This document shows positions 15,501 through 27,478 of a DNA stretch of 64,000 nucleotides, in pieces. Positions within the stretch are counted from its first letter, which is position 1, and each line of letters opens with the position of its first letter. The notes below the pieces were generated by a model. The model saw only the letters and a list, made by a program, of their open reading frames with translations, did no database searches and had not been told where the DNA came from. The stretch is taken from assembly GCA_020536535.1 (NCBI GenBank), contig JAHLWZ010000123.1, forward strand, positions 62,001-126,000, written 5' to 3'. A program made the position numbers and the translations under genes. Source of the DNA: Pelomyxa schiedti. Taxonomy: Eukaryota; Protista; Evosea.

Positions 15501-18500
15501 TAAATGATCTCGAAAAGCTGTAACAACTCTATTAATGCGAGGTGCTGTTCATGAAAGCCCTTGAAAAGTTGGCAAAGATTGCTGGACAGCAGTATCCCGT
15601 CAACAATCCACTTGCCACTTCCCGATATGCTGATGAGACGGCTCATTACGGATGAAAGCCATGACGGTTGAAGAACTACAAGGTTAGCAAGTGGTTCTTG
15701 TGCAACAGCAGCATTTTCTTGGACTCCTTCCGGTAGTTTCTGAGGAATGAAGTCTGCTTTGGACATGAAAGTGGCAGTTCGAAAGTGTATGAGAATTCCG
15801 CTATCGGCAAAGAAATCTGCACACATGCGGAGCTGTTTGTCGCTCTCATCATTTGGCTCCCGAATAACGCCATATGGAGATGCCATTTCGGCAAAGGCTC
15901 TCCATGAAATAGTGGGTTGTCGCACTTTCTGAATTTCCTGAAGTAAGGCTACCCATCTCTCAGGAACCAATACAGCTGTTTCTGCACATACATCTTCAAG
16001 TGTATCGGCTATTGATGACATTGCTTCCCCTCTGGGACAATGAGAGACTTCAAACTCGCCTCCTCTTGTTTTGGGCTGCTCCAATTGAAAACCGTCACCA
16101 GTCTTTGCACTCAGAGCAAAAATGGCAAATAAGGTCCCAGCTCTGTGTTGTCGACACAACACCTCCAAGCATCTGACAACCATGCATTGATCTTGAACCA
16201 TGTCCAAATGGGTACCAACTAGCATGATTGACGGAGGTTTCTGCCCCTCAAACTTATTGCTCCTCTGTGAGGCATGCACTTGCTTAACCCAGTATTGAAT
16301 CTTTTTGCGAGAGCGTTGATCTAATACACCAGTTTCTTGTCTAATGGCAACAGATAAATCAAATAACAGAAGAAATATGGAATTGCTGCATCTAGGATAG
16401 TAAATTAGTTGCTTGTTTTTGTTTCTAGTGATTAATTTAGTGTTTGGAAGGGTCATAAGCACATACAAGAAAAATTGATGGGTTGGATAGAGTACATCCT
16501 GGCCTCCTGCAAAAAAAAGAAAGATGGGGTTAACCCAGTGCTATTAACACTACGAGACACACCTAGATCCCATGCAATCCACGACCACTTGCTTTTCTTC
16601 TTCATGAGAAATTGTGGATGTACTGCAATACCATCAGTGGCGACATTGACTCTTACATCAGCTTTTTTCAGTTGGCCCATAATGCATCGCAGTAAAGTTG
16701 TTTTTCCAGCAGCTCCTTCACCAACCAACAAAAGTTTTCGTTGCATCCAAGGGCTTGTCACATCGTTGAATGTAATAAAGTCTTTCAGCTTGTCCCAGGG
16801 CTGTGTACGATAACGCTCTGGTATTGTCGAAAGTGGGTTTTGTTTCAAGATTACATAAGGAAGCATTGACAATGCAGAAGGCAGTGATTGTAGGAAGTTG
16901 CCCGATAGGTCCAATGCAGAGCAACGAAGATGTCCAACAACACTCGGGACTTCTTTGAGCTTTAAAAATGACATGTCAACAAACTGGTTATGTGTGGCAT
17001 GGGCAGCACATATCCCGGCGATCGCCTCCCAGTTTCGACATCTTGCGCACTCACGTACAAGAAGCAACACCGTCAAAGGATTTCCGCGTGAGGAGATTGT
17101 ATGTGCAAGCTCTGCAATATCTCGGCGCTGCAGTGAGGCAATATTGACTGCATGGCGGCACAACAGCATCCTGATCATCTCATTGGATATTGTTACATCT
17201 CGGAACTGTGCGGCGTAGTGCAGAACGGAGGCAGACTCAACTGCGGAATCAAATAAAGGTGAATACGCAGTCATTGCACATGAGTGGTGATTCGGTTGCT
17301 TGGTTCCAGGAGAGGAAACGTTGACTGAAAGCAGCTGAATGCAGTGCTTCTGAACTTCCGTCAACACTATTGACAAGGAATCAAGGTTTCCGTCCCGAAT
17401 GCATTGCCACAATGCATTGCAAAATGTTTGTTTGCAGTTCTGTGTGAGCTGGGTTAAACCATGTAAGTCTCGGGTGCTGGTAGATAAATCTAGATTTCTC
17501 AGAAGAAGTTCTTCAATCGTTTTTGCTTTGTTTTTTTTTCAGAAAAGCAAATTAGCGGCGTTTAGAAAAAGTATTTTGTGAGGACTCACATCCCACTCCA
17601 AATGATGTTATAACATGATTTGTGCTCAAGCAGTCTGTGAGAAGTCGAAGACCTTCTGGGCTAACACCATTTCCTGCAACAATGTTACAAAAGAGATGGA
17701 TTAGAATAGTGTTCTATGCAGTACCCCATAAATTAATTGAGCATAAGGTTGTATTTTGAGAAAGGCTGTCAGCTATGAATTTTACTCCCTCAGTTTTGAA
17801 ACAGTTCTCTGTTATGGGACAGAAAAAATTAACTCCATTTATCTGATTTCGATTGTGTTGGCTCTGGTACCAGAGCAGTCAAGAGAAAGAAGAGTCCTAT
17901 TGACTTTCAGACTATCTGCAAGGTATTTTGCACCATCTTGAGCAATATTGTTCCCTTTTTTACAAACTTTAAAAAAACTTTTTGGGGAGTTCACTTCCAT
18001 ACACACTTGGTATTCTGAGGTCAGTTAATGAGGTGTTCACCTTCAGACACTCCGCCAGTGCCTTCACACCATCGGCACGAGGGCTGTCACGCAAAAGACC
18101 TTGAATGTCCAGAACCAAGAGGCTCGTGTTCACTTTTAAGCTCTGTGCAATGAGGTTCCAACCCTCAAATCCACAAATATTCTCTTGTTTGTATTAGGCC
18201 ATTATGTCAAATATAATACAAAACAGTAACAGTACCACCAATATCTAAAGAGGTCAGTGTTTCATTGACTTTTAGGCAATCGGCGAGTGCTTTGACACCC
18301 TCGAAACCAATGCTGTTCACTTGTGGGCAAATATGAGTGCAAAGGGGAAAAGTTCTGGTAGAGTTACTTTTTAGGTTGAGACAAGTGAGAGATGTGTTAG
18401 ACTGCAGCATATCGGCAAGAGACTTTGCTCCGTCACTTCCAATGCTATTTCCTACTCGGTTTTTAAAATAAAGGGAAAATAAAAAAGCATGAATCATTAA

Positions 18501-18828
18501 AAGATACCTTGGAATATGAGAGCACTCAAACCCTTGCTTGTCTTCAGACTTTCAACAATGATTCGTGTTCCCCCAGCATCAATGTTGTTGTCTTTAGAAA
18601 TGAATTATGCCAAGGTATAAGAAGGAAGCAGTCGAACTAGACAGATCCAAAAACGTGAGGTTCGGATTCCGGATGTACGATGCAACGATCCTCGCTCCTT
18701 CCAGTCCTTGATACACAGTAAGGATCAAATTCCGCGCCTAAAAAGGGGCCAGGAAAAAGAAAGAGGGAACAGTCACCAGAGAGTTCTGTGTCAGCGAGTT
18801 GCACGGCAACCCTCTCACGCACATCCAT
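9567..18828 (-). CDS. Giant Roco protein kinase: RI-type LRRs - ankyrin-like - LRR - ROC - COR - TKL kinase - WD40-like propeller - second degenerate kinase
   Basis: In-frame GT-AG introns join the LRR exons to ORFs 16453-17412, 12935-16468, 10721-12817, 10315-10731 and 9567-10322. Motifs: NSIGSDGAKSLADML repeats, LVGEGAAGKT, WDLGGQ, LVGTHLD, GGFGKV/VAVK/HRDLHAGN/DFGLS/APE, HPRVIQPIHHF/HANISPMNIL/LSDF. Start codon approximate. Confidence 0.85.
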
Positions 18829-19529
18829 TCCCGTAGATCTAGGGAGTGCTACGCGACGCTGTTACGCCCAACCAAACGTGAACCTGCGTCCTCCACCCTC
18901 ACTCACACACGCAAGATCTACTCTTGGGGGTGTTTGTTTCGTTTTTTCCTACGATTTTTACTTCGATGTTCTTCGTTGTTGCACCGGCGAAAACTGTCAA
19001 ATTGATGAATGTTCTGGCCTGAACCTCCCCTTTTTTCTCCGCATCACATCATCGCTACCACCAGTGTTACTTGTATGGGCACCCACGCAGAACCTTGGTC
19101 AGTTCTATGTGCTCTGCCATCTCTTCGATGTGTACCGGACACCACCAATTCGAAGAAATTTCACTGCCCAGGCGGCGCTTTTCAACAGCAACTTCATCCT
19201 CTGTGATTCCGAGTGTCTTGATTGAAACACTCGCATCAGCATCCTCCATATTTTGATGTTCCTCTTCTCCCACACAATTCTACCATCATTCAAGGCATCT
19301 CAATCCTCCCAATCTGGCATCAGAGTCAGTTTGAACTTTGTAGTGTGCTTGTGATGCAACCACTTCAGCCCTAACCCTAAGACTAAAACAGATCGGCTTC
19401 GTCTTCTGGGACCATGGTCGCCACACGTAACACGACTGCCCAGTCTATCGACTGCTCTGATGTACCCCAGACCCTCGAGACTCCCATCCCGATCTTCGCT
19501 TTCCGATAATTTCGTGGTTGATTAATTAA

Positions 19530-21190
19530 TTGGCGATGAACGACGAGCGTTCTTCTGGTATGTTTGCGGCGTTTTTCGACAAGACTGTGAACAACACAAC
19601 GCCGGTCCCATCATCCAACACCAGCCGAAAACCCAAGCCCAAGAAAAAGAACAAAAAAGCGAAGCACACTACGCATGCGCTTGTTGGTTCCGCAGCCACA
19701 GATCTAGATCCGCATACCTCTTTGACAGCTCAACCCCCCAACAAAAAGCGAAGGAAGAATAAAGCCAACAGCTCCGCCAGCGATGAAGAAGCCGAAGCCG
19801 TTGAGCCGCAAACGCAACATAATAAATCGCCTCAAAAACTCCCCGATCTCGCGAGTCAGAAACGACACACGCGAACGGCTCCCGTAACCGCGAAAAATCG
19901 CGCACTGATAAGCGACGCAGCAACAGCAGCAGCAGACGCACCAACACCAAGAAAATCGGCTGCCTTGCTCCGGAGCAAAACTAAGCCACACAGCAGAAAC
20001 GCTCGTCTGTTGTTCAGTCAGGGACCTCTCGCCACCTCCAAGAGTGCAAGTTCGGTGCCGGAAAGCGAAGTGCACAAAATTGCATCAGAAGCAGCATTGG
20101 TGTGGGGCAGGCTTACTGGAATGCGTGGGCCAGCTCCCATTCCTGATTTGCCCATGCCAACGGATAGTGGGGACGAACCTGTGCTTCGCGGGTTCCAGAC
20201 GGGTGAAGACGAGAACGAGAGTGAATGGGAAATCAGTTCCAGCGAAGAAGACCTGGCACTCCGCGTGGATGGAGACGGCGGAGATGATGAGGATGACGGA
20301 GACGATTCACCCTCAATTCCAAGTGGCGAGTGGGAAGATGTAAGCTCCGAGTCGGATGAGGGTTACAGCAGTGACGATTCTGAAGACGAACTTAAAAAAA
20401 CCGTTGTCACAAGCAAGGAGCTAAAAGCTCAGCAAGTCCCCGAAACGGCCAAAGTGTTCCTGGGCCAAGTCCCCGCAGGTGTATCAAGTCACGAACTAGA
20501 CACAGTTTTATCTTCATGCGGACCAATCAAGTTTGATGTTTGGTTTATAAATCTTTTTTAACATCTAATTTTCTGTCATTATCACTTTCCAGGTCTGTCT
20601 TGGTGACCAAACATAAATCTGGGCTGCCCACAGTTGCAGCATTTGTCGAATTTGAGACAGCCAAGCATGCCGCAATAGTAATATTCCATATGATAATCCC
20701 TTTCAATGAACTTGTTGCAGGCACTGAAGCTGGGTAAGATTGTCCTTGCCGGCAAACAGGTGGAAATTACTCCTTGCCTGAAAGAGACTATCACCTGTCC
20801 TGGTAATAGTGGGTTTTGCTCCTTACCCACTCAACTGAGCTTGAACAAACAGAGGGTTGCACTACACTTTATATCAAGAACCTGGCATTTACCACAACGG
20901 AAACAAAATTGAGAAGCATCTTCTCCTCTTGTGGTGAGATATTAAACGTGAGACTTCCCAGGCACTCTGACACAAACAAGTCGAAGGGGTACGCAATGCC
21001 ACTCACCTTTCCACCCTCTAATAACACCCCACAATCACACAGAAGTGCATTCATCACCTTTGATTCCAGCAAAGCCCTGGAATTTGCCCTTGCCAAGAAC
21101 CGCGTGGAGGTTGATGGAAGGCAACTCCTTCTGGAACCTGCCTCATCATCACCATCACCAGTTCCCATGACCACTACCAAGTTATCCTGA
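19530..21190 (+). CDS. Nucleolar-type RNA-binding protein with basic and acidic N-terminal tracts and two RRMs (RBM34/nucleolin-like)
   Basis: KVFLGQV...AFVEFET and TLYIKNLAF...VRLPRHSDTNKSKG-AFITF RNP motifs; Lys-rich NLS-like and Asp/Glu/Ser-rich tracts. Confidence 0.85.
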
Positions 21191-21283
21191 AACCGCAACT
21201 GTCCTGACACAACCAGTTTGAACACTTTTGAACTTCACGTTCGACAAAGAAGAAACGAAAAAAAGAAAACAAACCCAACAATC

Positions 21284-24200
21284 ATGTCGGACACAAAAAC
21301 CGCCGAGCCTCCATTGTCGCTGCCAGAGCCGCCCAAGTGCATAGTCTGCGGAAGCGCAGCGCGTAGCCTTTTCCTGCGGGCACGCGGCGTGCCCCCCCTG
21401 CGTCGTGGCGGCCGTCACTCGCCGCATCTCCGCACCTGTCTCCCTAGTAGTAGGGAGCACCGCCGTCGCGCTGGCCCCCTCTGGGATGCCAGGCACCACG
21501 GCCACGGCCAAGGCCACAGCCGCAGCCTCAGCCTCAGCCTCGGCCGCGGCGCAACCCACCGGGGGCACAGCGGCGGCCAGCGCAGGGGCGGCCGGTACGG
21601 AGAAGGGGAAGGGGAAGGAGAAGGGGCAGAAGGAGCCGGGGAGGGCGCCGGTGGGCTGCCCCAAGTGCGGGGCGCGGCTGCCCAGCGAGGCGGCGGAGCA
21701 GGTGGTGATGGAGGGGTTCTGCCTGGGCGACATAGTGACGAAGTACGAGGCGGCGGTCGGCGAGTGGCAGGCAGCCAGGACGGGAATGGACCAGCGCAGG
21801 GAGCAGGGCCAGCAGGCACAAAGTCGGCTGTGTGAGGACTGCTCTGAGAGTTCACCTTCCCCGGCTGCCTGGTTCTGTCGGTATAAGCTGCTCCCACTTA
21901 GGAAACATTATATGTTTTTAATTTCGTTGAACTTACCTGTATGATAGAGATTGTGTGCTGCACCTTTGTGAAAAAGATAAAGACCGTCTGCATCTTGGTG
22001 CACGTATGAAGAAACACGAAGTAACAGCCGTTTCTCAGAATCAGAGATCTTCATCAAGTACCTTCTGTTACCAGCACACTACAAGACCATGTGAGTTCTA
22101 TTGCCCAGAGGAAAATCTTCTCTTATGTATACACTGTGCGTTTGATCACATTGGGCACCACTGTAAGTCCATAGAAGAAATGGTTAAGAACACAAAAAAC
22201 CAGTTGAATGTCGCACGCAGTTGCTTGGTAGCACAGTGCAGCAGATGTGAGGACCTCCTTGGAGCTCTGAAGGATCAACATCTCCTACTTAGTGCCGATC
22301 AGCAAAGTGTGGCTAAAAGTGTGATTGACCATAAAAAGGCTATATCTTCCCTTCTGGAGAAGCGGGCCCGTGTACTTGTAACTCAGTCTTTGCCAGAGGC
22401 CTTCGCACCAGATTTCCTTCACATTCAAGAAGCCATTCTTGGTCTGACCTTTGTAGTGGATGGTGCAAGAAAAGGCTTATCAGAGTACGATGACTTAATG
22501 GAATCTATGACCGGCGAGACCAGCATTGTGAATAGGGTAGCTCTTTCAAACCACCTTCATAAGCTATCTTCTATGCTTCCAAAAGAATTACCTTTGGTGG
22601 GGCCTAAGTGGCGACAACGTACATGGGCTTTCTTCCCATCTTCTAGGTTTTTTACCAAAGGCAACCCTTCTACATGTGTATCCGAGTACGGAAAGTTTCT
22701 ATCCATTGTACCATCAGAACAAGCTCCTGGAAGACAGGCTGACACTGCCGCGTCAAATACAGGATCGACTATACAAACACTTCTGCTTACTCCTGAGTCA
22801 CATTTTATACCTTACCCAGAGTGTTATTTCTGCAAACACCACAAAGACCAGCTAATAAATTGCTTGTGTGTGGACTGCCAGTGCTGTGTGCATTCACTGC
22901 GCTCATTCCGGCAAGCATAAAACTCACAGAACCGCCGACCTTGATGAGGTCGTGACCACAAAGTGCTGTGAATTGGAGACACTTCAAAAAAAGCTTACTG
23001 AGCAATTGAAGTGTTTGCTTAGTAGAAGGGAATCCTTGGAGCAGGCCTTCCCTAAATTGCATAATACTTTTTTCTCCAGACAGAGGCAGCTAGCCGAAGG
23101 CATTGAGAACTATATAGGCGTTCTTCAGCAGCACGAGTTACAGGAGCACCAGAACTTGATGGAAGGTTTCCTCAACAAGTATAAGCTCCTAAATGAGTGT
23201 TTAAAGGCAAATCTTGTCGCAATTGAGCACACAAACCTTGGCGAGTCCATGGCCTTGCAGCTTTTAAAAATACTTCAAGAACGCCCGGAGGAAAAATTGC
23301 GATTTCACGAGGCGTGCATGGCCAACTGGACGTCACTTGTAGAGTTATCACAGTCGGAATTGCCGGATATCTCTCTTATACGTGACCTAGACTTACCCGT
23401 TCCTCAGCCTGTAGAGAGGTGGTTAGAGGCGACTTCAAAGGAAAGAGACCTGCACCACTCTGGGAAATCACCTACAGAACTGCGCGACATAGAATTGGAT
23501 GTTGTCAAAACCAAGCTAGCAACTGTCCAAGATGAACTAGGAAAAACAACTCGCTTATTGGAGGTAGAGAAAGGAAGGTCACACCAGAAAGAAGCTGAAG
23601 TGATGGCGTTGAAGGCGGACGTGGTACATGCCCGGACTGAACTGGAAAAAGCTAGTCGCTTATTGGAGGCTGAGAAAGTCAAATCGGGGAAACTTTTGAA
23701 GGAGGAAATTGAGAAAGCGAAGTTAAAGGTGGCCATGATCAGGAGCCCCTCGCTCCCGAAGAGAACACTCCAACCTAGAATAGAACCTAGAAGCAATTTG
23801 AGTTTACTGGTATATATGAGAGGTTCACACTTCCTGCTCAATTGGTACTTGGCACTCTCGTAATGGAAGCTTTTGGTGCTCAGGGTGGAGCAAATTACAA
23901 AGGCGTTATGGGTGGCAGAGGGGCCAGAATGAAAGGTACATTTGCAAATGTCACACCGAACCAGATACTTGTGATACTTGTTGGCGAACAGGGACACAAG
24001 TCTGGTGCAGGCTCTTCCTCTGGTGGTGGAGGCACCTTTGTAGTACAAGTACAACTGGCAACATCGCAACACCAAATGTTTGACGGCACATATGTCCTGC
24101 CTCTGCTTGTGGCAGTCGGTGGTGGTGGCGTTGGATTCTCAGGTGACCAGATTGGTATGGGAGGCACAGTGGAGAAGGATGGCACCAAAGATAACCGCGG

Positions 24201-24600
24201 TTTTGGCAAACCCGGCACAGGTGCTGACGGCGGAATATCCGGCAGTGTGGACAATTCCGGCGGCGGCGGAGGAGGAGCTGGGTTTGTGGGAGATGGGCAA
24301 CCAAGGCAAAAGAACTCGGGTTACCCCGGCCAGTCATTCCTGCACGGCGGCCTTGGTGGCAACTCTAGCGAGTCGAAGTCCAGGGGTGGATTTGGAGGCG
24401 GCGGCGGTAACCAGGAGTTGGGTGGTGGCGGCGGCGGCGGGGGTGGCTACTCTGGGGGTTCAGGAGGACAGTTTGTGCCTACTGTCTTTGGTGGTGGCGG
24501 CGGCGGTGGCTCATATAACACGGGAGAGCAGCAGTCTAATTCTGGTGATGCACGAGAAGGAAACGGAATGGTGGTACTACAATGGCAGGAGTATATTTAA
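21284..24600 (+). CDS. TRIM-like protein: RING - B-boxes - coiled coil - B-box - coiled coil - ALK/LTK-type glycine-rich domain; contains two apparent +1 frameshifts
   Basis: CIVC / CGHAACPPC / CPKC RING; CEDC..AAWFCRDC..LC..H; CYQH..FYC..LLCIHC..H..H; CKHH..CVDC / VCIHCAHSGKHKTH; EAFGAQGG..GGRGARMKGTF..ILVGEQG..GGGGGTFV..GGGGGSY..GNGMVVL. May be a pseudogene or contain consensus errors. Confidence 0.8.
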
Positions 24601-24829
24601 CAGCATTCTCCTTGGTGGAATTTAAGTGTTATCTATTCTGTTCGTAAACAAAATACCTCTTTATCCATGCCCCATAATGAAAAAAAAAAAAAATCCTTTC
24701 TCTTTGCCAGGGGACCCTTTCCCTGTTCTCCGACAAGTATCACGAGAACCTAGGTATAGGACAACAAAAAGTACTGATTCTCATTGCGTGCCAAGGGAGC
24801 AAAATTGTACCGGTGCCAATCTCAATCTA

Positions 24830-26639
24830 ATGGCAACCAACTTGGGCGCGGCCGGTGGTGTTTATGAGTTTGTGAAGTCTGCGATACCGTGGGTGTCACG
24901 CGACGTCTTCGATGACATCTACAGCTCTCTGTGGGTTTACGTCCTCCTCGAGTTTCTTTGTTCTTTCCTGCCTCATCATGCCTTTTTTTTTTTCTTTTTT
25001 GCCAACGTGTGTAGACCACCAGGAAAGAGGGATGTGGAGCACGTCACGTCGTTTCTATTGGACGACTCGCCGGTCTCCGTTGTGCCAACAAGCGACGCAC
25101 GTCCTTATACTGCCACGACACCTCTGTCTGCACTGTCTGAGCCTCGCACACGCACGGAGCCAGCGCCGCCCATTGCTTCTTTGTCCACGGGGAGCACGCC
25201 ACGGCTCAGTCCCAGCTCGCCCGATGAAAATGTTGTTGTATCTACTGCACATGCCTCCACAGCATCGAATTCGAATGCTGCTCACTTGACCTCACCACCT
25301 CTTGAGACTACTCCCACCTGTTCTTCTGCACTTTCGCTTCCCACTTCCACCAATGATGGTGGTTCGTGTGAAACTCGTTCTACTTCAACTGCAACTTCGA
25401 CTTCCACCTCGGCTTCCACTTCCACCAATGATGGTGGTTCGTGTGAAACTCGTACTACTTCAACTGCACTAAGTGGAATCGGTGATAGTGCCCGAGCAAC
25501 AGCGCAACAAGATTCTGTTTTTGATGTGGACAGTTATGATGGAGCCGCTTTGGAGATGCTATCTGTTGCTCCCCCTGCCATTGCCGATGATTCCGCCACT
25601 GATGTGAAGAGTCCATCCAGTGACTCACACCATCAAGCTACGGAACAAAATCAAGCATTAATGTCACTCCAGTTAGCTGATATTCGAAGAACTCAACACG
25701 ATAAATGGGCTGCACGTAAATCAATACAACCATATAGCAAAAGACCTTCAGCAGGAGGTCCCTGCGCTCCAAATCAGGCACAAAGACAATCGTATTTCTT
25801 AATCACCTAGAACCTTCACACGATTTAACTTGTAGTAGTAGCCCAGGCATTGTTGGAGTTGGTGGTGATCTATCTCTCTGGAATCAACTCAAATCTATAA
25901 GAGAGGACAAGAACCGGCAATGGAGACAGACAAAGTGAGTTGCTATTAACTAAAACCTTTTTGTGTTCATTGAGATTTAGATTTTCACAACATCGAGTTT
26001 GGACAATTTCTGATCTGCCTAGAGATGAAGAAATTCCTCCAGGCACTTCTGATGCACCTCAACGTCGTACTGGTGTTGAATCGCTCCAGACTTTTGCTGA
26101 TCCTCTGTACATTGGAAGAGTTGATTCCCACTGTTGCAGCAGCGTAATAATGTAGGGGAGGTCACTTGCTCAATACTATATAGGAAGCTTTGGAACTGAC
26201 AAATGAGTTTCGGAAAACACAGCATCTTCCTCCCCTTGCATGGAATCAGAAATTGTGCAATATTGGTGTTCAGCACAGCAAAAGTATTGCCACTGCTATC
26301 TCAACTTCCTATTCACTTGTATTGTAAGACATGGCAGAAAAGCGAGTCCCTTTTGGACATCAAGGATTTGAGGATAGGACCAAGCAATTTGGATTTCCTT
26401 ATCGCTCTGCGGCTGAGAATGTGGCAATGAATCATGGATTTTCTGATGTGGCTAAGGTAAAACATTCAAATGAGTAAGACAATTCATGGTATTATTTTTA
26501 GGTTGCTGTTGATGGGTGGATAACATCTCCCGGGCATCGCCGCAATCTTGTTGGTCACTTTAATGTGTGTGGTATTGGTGTCTACCAAAGCAGCAATGGC
26601 AGGTGGTACCTCACGCAGCTCTTTGCTGGTGGGAGGTGA
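24830..26639 (+). CDS. CAP/SCP-domain protein (YkwD-like) with a long Ser/Thr-rich N-terminal region
   Basis: Spliced: ALELTNEFRKTQHLPPLAWN..HSKNMA..FGHQGF..AAENVAMN..AVDGWITSPGHRRNLVGHFNVCGIGV..WYLTQLF. Confidence 0.88.
25341..25468 (+). repeat. 53-nt direct repeat (2 copies, period 75 nt, 1 mismatch) encoding TSTNDGGSCETR(S/T)TSTA
   Basis: ccacttccaccaatgatggtggttcgtgtgaaactcgt(t/a)ctacttcaactgca at 25341 and 25416. Confidence 0.9.
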
Positions 26640-26752
26640 TACAGCAGTCAGTACCCAACCGAAAAAATAATAACAAGAAAAAAGTCTTTGGCATGCTGTG
26701 GTCTTTCTACACATATACACAGAGGCATAGACACACAACTCACCTCCCAAGG

Positions 26753-27361
26753 TCAACAAGAGTGAGCACCCAAAAGGTCACAAATTGTATCAACCACCAC
26801 ATCCGCAGTGCTACTAGTGTTGTCCACAACCACCACGTCCTCCTGCACCTCCAGTATGCCCAACTGCGAATCCAGCAACGAAGCCGGCATGAAATGTACC
26901 TCACCTCCACTCCCACTCCCGCTCTCGCTCCCGCTCCCGTTCGCAACCCTTCTCTCGACCCTCCTCCTCAACACATCCACACTCACATTCAGCATCACGA
27001 ACCTCACTCCATCATCGCCCCCAACACCACCAATTCCGGCCGATTCCCTCAACGCATCCCTGTAGCTCCTCTTGAGTGCACTGCAAGCAACAACCAAACC
27101 CGGGGAATCACCTTCACCGCCGCCACTGCCACCACCACTGCATGCGGCAGATAGGGCGAGGCCAATGCGGGCCAGCCAAGGAGCCCTGTCCTCGTCTGTG
27201 AGCGGATGCCCCGACCTCATTTTGGCCACGTTGGACTCTGGGTGCAGCGAGTCGCCGTCCACGAAGCGGCACCCAAGCCTCGTGGCCAGCAGCGCCCCGA
27301 TCGTGGATTTCCCGCTGCCGCTCACTCCACAAACCACAATCCGGTGACGATGAGGCATCAT
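26753..27361 (-). CDS. gntK: Gluconokinase (GntK/IdnK family), intronless
   Basis: CGVSGSGKST, DGDSLHPESNVAKMRSGHPLTDEDRAPWL, VVACSALKRSYRD, HFMPASLLDSQLGILE. Confidence 0.93.
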   Translation of the reverse strand: MMPHRHRIVVCGVSGSGKSTIGALLATRLGCRFVDGDSLHPESNVAKMRSGHPLTDEDRAPWLARIGLALSAACSGGGSGGGEGDSPGLVVACSALKRSYRDALRESAGIGGVGGDDGVRFVMLNVSVDVLRRRVERRVANGSGSESGSGSGGEVHFMPASLLDSQLGILEVQEDVVVVDNTSSTADVVVDTICDLLGAHSC

Positions 27362-27478
27362 GTGTTACGGAAGGGAGGGAATTTGCTTGAATCGTTTGTT
27401 ACTCGAATTTCTTTTTTACTTTACTTTTTGTCTATTATACACGGCGTATGTGGTTGGTAGGGGGTGGGGCTTCCCGCT

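Noticed and set aside
17450-18830. Separate LRR gene upstream of the Roco kinase
   Set aside because: A phase-1 GT-AG intron (~17527-17589) joins it in frame to the Roco ORF, which has no ATG of its own there.
19368-19380. Telomere-like CCCTAA repeat
   Set aside because: Only two units, in an internal position.
23729-23863. Third frameshift in the TRIM gene
   Set aside because: Explained by a phase-0 GT-AG intron (AAG|GTGGCC..CCTAG|AAG).
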